Part shown: positions 23,546-32,340 of the stretch, one piece after another | How positions within the stretch are numbered: position 1 is the first letter of the stretch | Layout of the letters: each line of letters begins with the position of its first letter | Source of the DNA: Circinaria calcarea | Taxonomy: Eukaryota | Direction: 5' to 3' | NCBI GenBank assembly: GCA_051942165.1 | Contig: JAVECS010000038.1 | Span: 1 to 32,340, forward strand | DNA: 32,340 bases | The notes under the pieces: model-generated | Seen by the model: the letters and a program-made list of their open reading frames with translations, nothing else | Database searches by the model: none | What the model was told of the DNA's origin: nothing | Program-made: the position numbers and the translations under genes

Positions 23546-26500
23546 ATGTCAATCATTTCGACACTTCCAAGCGGTGAATTCACAAATCGCTCTCCTTCCT
23601 CCAATAGACAAAGACTCCACGGCACTTTCCTCCCGTTGTCGCCGAGCGCGGAGCATTCTATACCACTATACGGACACGGGCACTCACAAGAGTCTTACGA
23701 GTACTATTCATCGCCTTCTGTCGGCTCGACGAATCATGTGAGTGCCAAGCTGGGAGGATCCGAAGTTTCACCACGTCCGACTATGTACGAAGCAGTAGAG
23801 TTTGAAGACGAAGGGGTTACTCGGCAGCACGGTTACAAGTTCCCACCGCAGAGTGCGGCAGAGATCTCGACAGAGTCATCATACACGAATGGAACAGCAC
23901 CATCATACAATGGTATGAGCCCCGCCGATACTTACACTTCGGAATATGAGGTCAATGGATTGAATGACTTTGTTGGGCCTGATTTTGACGACAACAACTT
24001 CCTTCTTGAAGCCGACTTCGGTCCCTTGAGTCTTCCAGGCGATCAAATCGAGGCAGGGCCGTTCGGAGGTCCTGCAAGACACCCCGTGCAAGAGCAAATC
24101 AACACCATACACGGTTCCAGTGACATGAGTTGTATTACCCCACCGCGTTCATCAGATAAAACGCTACAATCTTCGCACTTGATGAGTCCGGGGTTGACGG
24201 ATAATACCAGTCCCGAGTCTGGATATGCGGCAAAGACTCCGGTTACAAGGATACGATTGCTAGGAGGGGGGACCATGAGCAGGGTCTCCTCTCAGAGTAC
24301 CAGCATTGAACCAAACCATTCTCTATATCAGTGCACGCCTGCTTTGACAACTAGCTCCGTGGAGGCCAGTCCTGAACCATCGAGTGTGCCGGACAAGGGG
24401 CGCATCGCTAGCCCTGTTGTGCGCATCGAAAGATATAGTAGAGGAGATTCTCCTGCCAGGGCGGCGGGGTCAATGCTCCGTAACTCAAGTAAGCGGAGCC
24501 GAACAAGTCGATCCTCGTGCCACCTGGCCGCACCGAATGATGATTCGTCAGACGAAGACCATTATCGCAGTTATGGTGATGATCGAAGCAGACCTGTTTT
24601 AGGCTTGGACCTTTCCGTAGCCTCGGATGAGCTTGATCAGGTATCCGGTCAACGATCGGGTTTGGATCCTGTGATGAGATCGCAGATGACTGATACTATA
24701 GTGCCAAACTTCAAGGACCAAGACGAGATAAACGAGCAGAATGCAAGAGAAGCAGTTGTGCGAGATTGGTTGTCACAAAGCGCGGGTCCGCATGAAGGCC
24801 GTGTTGTTACTCCAGGTTCCCTTGGTATACGCAAGGACAAAGCTTGTGGGTCCCGGCGAAGGGCCAGAAGCGCTGGTGATCATTGCGGCCTGCAGCTAGA
24901 TGGCCTCGAAATCAACAGCCCAAAATTAGTCCACGCAGAGCGCCAAGTCCCTGGGCCTGGATTACTCTTAAATGAGGACAGCGGTGAGGAAGAAGACGAG
25001 GGTGTTGGCGATGTCCCTCCAACTCCTCCCGTAAGTAACGATAGGATAGAGGAAGAGAATGAGCCGGCCGGTGGTTACTTTGCTGATCCAGATTGGGAGT
25101 CTAAGCCAGCTCTTGAAGCATCCCCGTGGGCGGACCCGATCTATTTCCCATCAAAAATGGGTTCGAGAGGCCAACCAGCTACTGCAAATGCCGCTATAGC
25201 GTTCTTCCGCAAGAAGGCAGCGGATATCGAGACCATATCTCGTAGGGCGACTTGCGGTACAAGTGTCCGGAGACTCAGTGAAACTGATTTGGACAGAGTA
25301 CTCGGACCTGAAGGCCTACTTTCCCGCTTCTCGATATCCAGAGACAAGATCATGGAGAAAATCGACAGCCATGGCAGTTCTTTAGCCTCAAAGATTCTTC
25401 TTAAACGGAGTATAAGCAACACGAAACGGAAATCGAGCGAGCCGACATGGCCGCAGTCAGAGCAGAGCTTACCAGCTAACAGTGGTCGAAAAGAAAGTCT
25501 TCATGGAAGAAAAGAGAGTTCTCACGAAAGGAAAGACAGTTTACAGGGCAGGAAAGAGAGTCTTGGGAGTCGACCGGAAATTCCAGCGGTCTCGAGCAGT
25601 CCACGGCGTATCCCTAGCCTTAACAAACGACCAAAGTCTCCGAGCCTCAATACTAGTAGCACGATGGTTGCGATGACTAGTCATATCGCTTCTCTAGGAG
25701 GGCACGGCTCCATCAGCCCGACGGCTACCTCGCCCCCCACAGGTGCTTGGAATACTGCTCGAACCCTCATACGCCGGAGAAGTCGGGGTGATTCTAACCG
25801 ACCTTCGATGAGCAATACAGCGGAGTCAGGGCTTGCCGCTCTATGGACCAAGCAGGGGGGACCACCCCTGCCCACACTGGCTACGCCCCCTGAAGGACGG
25901 GATAGCGTAGCGCTATTTGAAGCACCAGCAGATGACGACGAAGCTGCTGAGACAGATGATCTGCCAAACGAACACGGCACCTCGATGGACTTCACTCCGC
26001 GTAAAGATAAGATCACTCCTACCAAGGACGGCTTTAAGGCCAATGTGGGAGATCTCAATCCTCGGCTGGCGCCATATCTGGTAGAGCGCCTTGGACAAGA
26101 ACAATTGCGACGTTTTAAAAAACTGGTTGAGTTTAGAGTTGGTCACATCCAAGCGATACAGGATGGTGTCTGCAGCTCAGGCAAACGTTGCATAGAACTT
26201 GGTGGCGAGCCATCCTATCTGGGTTCAAAGGCAGGCAAGAAGGAAACCGAGTTGTCTCATACAGGATTCTCTGTTACTAGGGTGGAGAAGTCTGACCTAG
26301 ATGCTAATGCGCTTCCTGAAGGCGTCGTTACCGCTGCGCAGTTTCCGCCGGGCGTCCCTCTACCTCCCGTTCATCGCTTGCCTGCAGAATTCGAATGTCC
26401 TCTATGTTTTACAATCAAAAAGATACAGAAACCTTCGGATTGGTCGAAACATGTGCACGAGGATCTTCAGCCCTTTACGTGCACTTTCCCGGATTGCTCG

Positions 26501-27637
26501 GAGCCCAAGTCATTTAAACGCAAGGCGGACTGGGTCAGACACGAAAATGAGAGGCATAGACAGCTTGAATGGTGGAATTGTAGCATGCCTGAGTGCCAGC
26601 ATAAATGCTATCGAAGGGACAACTTCGTTCAGCATCTTGTTCGGGAGCACAAGTTAACAGAACCTAACGCGAAATGCACCAGATCCAACAAACCAGCCGT
26701 CCGAGGGCCTGCCAAGAGTAAACTCCGAGCGAAAGGGGTTGTCGAGAACCGCACGTCCGAGGATGAGGTTTTAGCCTTGGTCGCTAGTTGTCGACATGAG
26801 ACGCCGAAGCTACCGAAAGGTGAGCCGTGCAGGTTTTGCGGAAATGTCTGCAACAGTTGGAAGAAGCTCACGGTGCATCTTGCCAAGCACATGGAACAAA
26901 TCAGCATACCAGTCTTGGATTTAGTTCAGCAGCTGGATGTAAGTCCGGATACAATCATCAGCCCTATTGAACAGTCAAACGTCACAAACGTACCTCCGGC
27001 GGCCGAGGACCAATCCGTCAGCCGGGGCTCGGTCAGTGTGTCACCGCTATATGATAGGTCTATGGATATGTCCCACGTCAAGGAAGAGTTACCGCCTTCC
27101 TTCAACCCCCTGCAAGCTACAGCGATTTTTCATTCTCCTAATGAGAACCAATCCCCAGGTACCTTCCAGTGGGGCCAGAGCTCTGAGGCTCAAGCTGGAG
27201 ATTCAATGGGTTATGTTCAAGGCCTTAACACCGACTATCCTCCCTCCTATACAGCATACGACCCTCCTGGAGCGGCACCATTCCAAGCGGGGAACTCTCA
27301 GTTAAACCACCTGCACACGGTTCCTGGGCCTGGCGCAAGGTCAATGTATACGGGGCTACGGGGCCAGGTTTCCCACATGAGGCATGTCTCCTATCCCGAA
27401 AACCAGCCGTTCTCTATGGGAATGAGTCAAATTCCAATATCATCGGCCCCACTAGAAGGCCCTTTCTTTGCCAATCCAAATAATTTTTCCGCCTCGCAGC
27501 CACCGCAGTTGCCCGCTCATATGGCGATCCCATCCCACCTTGGCTCGAGACCGGACACCGGGTTTCCGCAGGGCCAGAATAATCTCAATAACATTTACCA
27601 GGATCAAAGTCAGCAATACTACCCATATGCAATGTAG
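23546..27637 (+). CDS. Large C2H2 zinc-finger protein, 1363 aa, single exon
   Basis: Uninterrupted ORF. Fingers ECPLC..KPSDWSKHVHED, PFTCTFPDC..FKRKADWVRHENERH, WWNCSMPEC..CYRRDNFVQHLVREH and CRFC..SWKKLTVHLAKHME. Long S/P-rich N-terminus and Q/P-rich C-terminus. Confidence 0.93.
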   Translation: MSIISTLPSGEFTNRSPSSNRQRLHGTFLPLSPSAEHSIPLYGHGHSQESYEYYSSPSVGSTNHVSAKLGGSEVSPRPTMYEAVEFEDEGVTRQHGYKFPPQSAAEISTESSYTNGTAPSYNGMSPADTYTSEYEVNGLNDFVGPDFDDNNFLLEADFGPLSLPGDQIEAGPFGGPARHPVQEQINTIHGSSDMSCITPPRSSDKTLQSSHLMSPGLTDNTSPESGYAAKTPVTRIRLLGGGTMSRVSSQSTSIEPNHSLYQCTPALTTSSVEASPEPSSVPDKGRIASPVVRIERYSRGDSPARAAGSMLRNSSKRSRTSRSSCHLAAPNDDSSDEDHYRSYGDDRSRPVLGLDLSVASDELDQVSGQRSGLDPVMRSQMTDTIVPNFKDQDEINEQNAREAVVRDWLSQSAGPHEGRVVTPGSLGIRKDKACGSRRRARSAGDHCGLQLDGLEINSPKLVHAERQVPGPGLLLNEDSGEEEDEGVGDVPPTPPVSNDRIEEENEPAGGYFADPDWESKPALEASPWADPIYFPSKMGSRGQPATANAAIAFFRKKAADIETISRRATCGTSVRRLSETDLDRVLGPEGLLSRFSISRDKIMEKIDSHGSSLASKILLKRSISNTKRKSSEPTWPQSEQSLPANSGRKESLHGRKESSHERKDSLQGRKESLGSRPEIPAVSSSPRRIPSLNKRPKSPSLNTSSTMVAMTSHIASLGGHGSISPTATSPPTGAWNTARTLIRRRSRGDSNRPSMSNTAESGLAALWTKQGGPPLPTLATPPEGRDSVALFEAPADDDEAAETDDLPNEHGTSMDFTPRKDKITPTKDGFKANVGDLNPRLAPYLVERLGQEQLRRFKKLVEFRVGHIQAIQDGVCSSGKRCIELGGEPSYLGSKAGKKETELSHTGFSVTRVEKSDLDANALPEGVVTAAQFPPGVPLPPVHRLPAEFECPLCFTIKKIQKPSDWSKHVHEDLQPFTCTFPDCSEPKSFKRKADWVRHENERHRQLEWWNCSMPECQHKCYRRDNFVQHLVREHKLTEPNAKCTRSNKPAVRGPAKSKLRAKGVVENRTSEDEVLALVASCRHETPKLPKGEPCRFCGNVCNSWKKLTVHLAKHMEQISIPVLDLVQQLDVSPDTIISPIEQSNVTNVPPAAEDQSVSRGSVSVSPLYDRSMDMSHVKEELPPSFNPLQATAIFHSPNENQSPGTFQWGQSSEAQAGDSMGYVQGLNTDYPPSYTAYDPPGAAPFQAGNSQLNHLHTVPGPGARSMYTGLRGQVSHMRHVSYPENQPFSMGMSQIPISSAPLEGPFFANPNNFSASQPPQLPAHMAIPSHLGSRPDTGFPQGQNNLNNIYQDQSQQYYPYAM
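25484..25567 (+). repeat. Coding 21-bp / 7-aa tandem repeat x4 (GRKESLH GRKESSH ERKDSLQ GRKESLG)
   Basis: Seen in the translation; synonymous codons differ between copies. Confidence 0.85.
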
Positions 27638-28718
27638 TTGTTTTGCTGATTGGCACAACGCCTGCGCTGTTGTTCCCGTCCACTGGACGGCTATTGTTGT
27701 CAAGCCCGAGATTCGGACTCACCTCGTGCCCGGTTCACGCCCGGGTCACACCCTTACTTACTTTCGGCGTCGCTGGAAGTAGCATCTTTGTGATGATCGG
27801 CACGTTCTTTTCAACGGTCTCGAATGTTGTATACATGCTTTACGGGAATGGATCTAGTCATTTTCTATGGGATATGGCACAGAACGGCACGGCTCTTACG
27901 GCTGTATGATTTACGGTTTAAATATTGTAGTAGTTTGGAACATGAAAGGCGGTGTCCGGTTGCAATCATATCTTACAAGCAGGACATTTACATTGTCGAG
28001 TTAATATCAGTGCCGGTCGTAGGATAGAATCGTGCTTGGTAGAGCCGGATTGCAGTGGACGGTTGGAAGCTTATTAGACTATAGTACGTCCAGCTTGCCT
28101 CCGGATCCGACATAGTTGATCTTTGATCCCAAGGGGGTCTTGCATATACGATCTGGCGACTCTGCACCGACACTGGAGCAGTCCATTTCGCTGCCCGACG
28201 GTGGGAGGGCGAAGGCTCTCAGCTCGTCTTTAAGCGAGCGAGTCAAACGGCACCGGTCGAGGGGGGCCATTTCGCCTCACTTTTCGCACAGGAGGGTGAG
28301 AGGTACCGTAAGCATCTAACAGAACATTGGATAAGAAGCACCATGCCTCACTCTGCTTTGTCGGACCTTACCCACCACATGCGAATCTCAACAGCCGCTG
28401 ACGCAGACCGCACTCATCCACCACTCGACACTCGATAGTGCCCGCTACCCTGACGGCGAGACCCATCATCTTCGCACAGCCGCTCCGCTCTTCCAGTCTC
28501 GAAGCTCAGCCTGACCTTCTAGAAAAACCCCTTCCCCCCGTCCATGCGGCTCTTCAGGCAGTGCCCGCTGGGCTCATTCCACCACGCTGTCTAGCTATTA
28601 GAGCACCCTCTTCTCCTATCTATGCCTATTCGCCACCTCTACTGCTGTTGCCTGATGCTGGAAACCATGTTCGAGTCAAACACACGTGACCGAGATTGAG
28701 GCTGGATAGCTCGTCACA

Positions 28719-31715
28719 ATGGATCTTTCGAACCCGCCTTACGGGCCTTCTGCCTACCTCTACAGAGAGCCACATGTAGGATCCCGGCTCGTCTACAGCA
28801 TTTCAGTTGGTGCTATTGTCATCCGCTGACCAGGTTTTGATGCACAGTCGCAGCGGAACCATAGCAACGAACATGTGTCGTCTAGATCCCAAAGAGAAAC
28901 ATTCAACCAGGGCAAGATGGGCCCTCCAGCTCCAATACCTATAGACCCGTCCTTGGTACAATGCACTCATAACCACCATTCCGCCTACTATTCTCACAGA
29001 GGTTCTTCAAACCAGGATTTCCGGATTGAGCACAGACATCAGGGAAGGTCCTTGCTATCAGAGAATCCCGGGGGATTGGATGCTGTTCCTATAGGTGTCT
29101 TGGAGCCCAGAACTGGAGATCCGGAGTCGAATCCGCTGCTTCGTTTCTGGAACGAGGATGGACCATGGAATCCGCAAGGTCTCGGAGGGGGAGGCCTGGG
29201 GCAACCCCCCACCTTTCCGCATGCAATTTCCCACGAACGGAGTAAAAGATCTCATCCTTCTCATAGGCAATATGGGCATTCCGTTGTTGGGACAGCGCTT
29301 GAAAGACGTTTTCTAGGAAGGCAGTTGTCAGATTCAGGATACGGAACCCAGAGTCATGTTACCGGTTCTGTCTTTAGTAGAGACTATGATGACCAGATTC
29401 CAGAGAACCAAAGCCTTGCGAGTGATACTGACAGAGCCCATGCACAATTGGAGAATGTGCCGCCCGACCATCTCCATGAAGCCTCGGAGGAGGCTCAACC
29501 ATTGCCCTTTGACAACTGCAGCGATGGTCCTAGAGAACCGGGTACCTTGATTTCACTGACCTGTGACTATTCAGACTGTGGTGCAACGTTGAAGACCCAA
29601 TCGGAGTATAGGTACTCATCCTAAGTTGCTAGCCTATTAGCCTTGGCTAATTCTTTCTTCTGTTCAGGAAGCACCGCCAACGCCATGAAAAGCTATTTGT
29701 ATGTCAAGAACGTGATTGCACGAGGCAGCAGAAGGGTTTCAGTACCAAGAACGACTTGGAAAGACACAAAAAGAGCGTACACAAAATAACACCCACAAAC
29801 ATTACTGACAAGAGCTTTCAATGCCGGGGCCTCAACTGCACCAAACGAAATAAGATTTGGCCGCGTCTAGACAATTTCCGCTCGCACGGAAAACGTGTTC
29901 ACAAAGATGAAGATCTTGAGGATCTTGTCAGAAAGTGAGTGAGCAGCTCATGTGTGTTTTGCGTTAACATGCTCATACATTACAGGTCAGAGATTGACAA
30001 TAACGTAACGCCCATTCACGATGAGGTGCGTTATCGAGCATCTTCGCATCCAGCTGGACCGCCCAGCGCACGAAAGGGCTTAAATGACAATCACGGGGCT
30101 AGTGCCGAAGGAGCATCTCCCGGGGAACATTCATTACATGAAGGCACAAGAGAACCGGTGATACCTGGTACAGGCACAGCCAAAACAACACAGCTGCCTG
30201 TGATTGCTCCATTCGACGGAATGACCCCTGCCATTGATAGTAGATTAGACGTAGACGATGCCAGGCATCCCGAGGAGCCAAGATATCTGACACGAAAACG
30301 ATATTCTGCGCACTCTCCACTCACCGTGACGTCTACTCAACCAGTGTTTGAAGCAAATGAATTGACTTCATCGCGTAAGGTACCACAGCAGTACATATCT
30401 CTTTTTCAATCAACGACGGACGCTGCAGCCGCAAATCTCTCTCAATCAACACCATCGTCTAGAGTTCATGTTCCGTCAGCAGGAAAGCGGGTCTCTGGAA
30501 TCCAGGCAGAACAGTTATCGAAAGCCATATCGGCTGATATCAATCAGTACATGAACCAGCCGCTTTCGGAGGAGATGCAGACTATGATTCGGAATCGAGT
30601 CTTGGGCCTCCTTAACCCGTCTGGTTTCAGCAAACGTACCGTCGAAGACGCCAGTTTAGATAGCCCACCGGAACCTCCAGGGAAGCGAGTTGCTTGCAGC
30701 ATATGCCCCAAGACAATGGGGCGTCCCTGCGATATCAAGTAAGCCTTCCGAGTGCCAGACAGATTCTCTCTCACCAGCAGAGCTGATAACATGTCTAGGA
30801 AGCACGAAAAGCGCCATCGTCGCCCCTACGGTTGCACGTATGCCACCTGTACTAAAGCCTTCGGCAGCAAGAATGATTGGAAACGGCATGAGAACTCTCA
30901 GCACTACCAGCTCGAGACATGGCGTTGTCACGAGCCGAACCCTCGGAGCAAAATCAATCAATGCGCAAGGATCTTTTATCGGCGAGACCCGTTTCACGCC
31001 CACCTGCGAAAGGACCATCATATCACAGACGAAGAGTATATCCGGGATCAATGCAAGCGCGGCCGAATTGGGCGAAATGGGCAAAGTGGCTTCTGGTGCG
31101 GGTTCTGCAAAAAGGTTGTGACGCTGGAGAAGAGGGGCCTGGAGGCTTGGGACGAACGGTTTAACCATATCGACGATGAGCACTTTAAGCAGGGCCGGCG
31201 CATTGAAGATTGGTATCCGCCGGACAAGGACATCCCGAAAGGCTCACTTAGGACGGAAAATATACTGGACAGTGGAGGCCCGCCGACCGCTTTGGACGGA
31301 TCCGAGGACGAGGACAGCGGCGGCGAACCGCCATGCAATGAGAGCAATGCAACGCGGGCAACGGTCCCACAGAAGCCTCAAAAAGTTCTGCTTGCGCCTG
31401 TAGCCACACTTTCGGCTCCTCGACAGCGCGAGACCCCTCACGATGTCGAAAATGGCCATGCTATTGAAACGTCGCGATCGAACAAAAGGCAGAAAACTTC
31501 CACCGGGTTCGAATGGTACTGTGTAAGCGCAATCCCTTCAACCTCAACCTCCGAACCTATTCTCCTGAAATGATGTCGTTTTACTAATTGGAATGCGTGT
31601 ATTTTAGTGCAAATGCAAAATGGGACCGCATAATGCCCACATTGTAGTCTCCTGCTGGGGAGAATCATGTAATGAACACCGAATCTGCACGCATTGTCAG
31701 GTAGTTATGTATTAA
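28719..31715 (+). CDS. Multi-C2H2 zinc-finger protein with a C-terminal Cys-rich module, about 890 aa; exons 28719-28775, 28848-29611, 29668-29934, 29986-30738, 30799-31522, 31608-31715
   Basis: Five GT-AG introns give one 2673-nt frame. Array 1: CDYSDC..EYRKHRQRH, CQERDC..GFSTKNDLERHKKSVH, CRGLNC..WPRLDNFRSHGKRVH. Array 2: CSIC..CDIKKHEKRH, CTYATC..FGSKNDWKRHENSQH, WRC..C..FYRRDPFHAHLRKDH, WCGFC..WDERFNHIDDEH. Tail WYCCKCKMGPHN..C..C..H..C..C. Exon 1 is the least certain. Confidence 0.9.
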
Positions 31716-32340
31716 AGAATTGGGCAAATCTAGACTATGGAGCGTAATATTGGTTGGATTCATAGCCGTTGTTAAATGGACAGAGGGATTGAGATTAATC
31801 CGTTTGACTCGCCCCCGAAGTGGGATATGGCCGGTGAGCTCTTCTATGTTTGTGGAGGTTGTGGTGGATGATTGATTGCTAATTTGGGATCTAGACACGT
31901 TATTCCACGTTCGCCCCAATGGACCGCAGTGTGGATGGGTTGCTGAAATTCGTCCTGGTTTACTTTCCCAACTCGTCTTGACTTGGTCTTTGCGACAGCT
32001 AACGGCGTGTATTCGTCTGATGTGAGACGTCGTGGCAGGATATCAACGAACATGCTCATCTTTCTCAACCGTATGCCATGGCTTTTCCCAAAACGATATG
32101 ATATGCCCGTGAAACGTAGGGCTCCCAAATCATGGAAGCTTCCCAACTCTTCCCTGCCCCCCCCCCCAAAAATAATAAACAAATAAAACGTCGACCGACC
32201 GACCGGCTCTTCCAAAACCAAACTGTAGGTTTGATTCCTAGAAAAAGACCATCGCCCCTGGCCTAGAATACTCCGTTCTACACCACCCCCCGCCCGCCTG
32301 GTCAATTTCGTAAATCCCTAATCCCTAATCCCTCTGAGGG

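Noticed and set aside
18425..31459. Numerous 60-175 aa ORFs antisense to or frame-shifted within the large genes
   Set aside because: Expected shadow ORFs in coding DNA of roughly 50% GC; none shows independent motifs or splice support.
32313..32333. AATCCCT x3 resembling a telomeric repeat
   Set aside because: Only three copies of a 7-mer, not the usual TTAGGG hexamer array, and ordinary sequence follows.
1..32340. Intact transposon, CRISPR array, rRNA or secondary-metabolite cluster
   Set aside because: No transposase, reverse transcriptase, long terminal or inverted repeats, spaced repeat array, rRNA sequence or biosynthetic enzyme motifs were seen.

Overview
Eukaryotic DNA from a filamentous ascomycete (Pezizomycotina). 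The introns are short, GT-AG, with CTRAY branch sites, so the ORF track fragments or misses several genes. I reconstructed eight protein-coding genes by hand. In order: a C2H2 zinc-finger protein (-), an orphan ORF (+), a 4-exon CYSTM protein absent from the ORF track (-), a KLAP1-like atypical zinc-finger protein (-), STT3 oligosaccharyltransferase (+, 6 exons), a 1066-aa coiled-coil protein (+), a 1363-aa C2H2 protein (+) and an 890-aa multi-C2H2 protein (+, 6 exons). An intron-containing tRNA-Val(AAC) gene lies between the CYSTM and KLAP1-like genes. The main observation is that four of the eight proteins are zinc-finger regulators. Three of them share the same unusual four-part finger module while the rest of their sequences look unrelated. 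This suggests an old paralogous transcription-factor cluster with STT3 embedded in it. All family calls come from motif recognition by eye; no database search was run.
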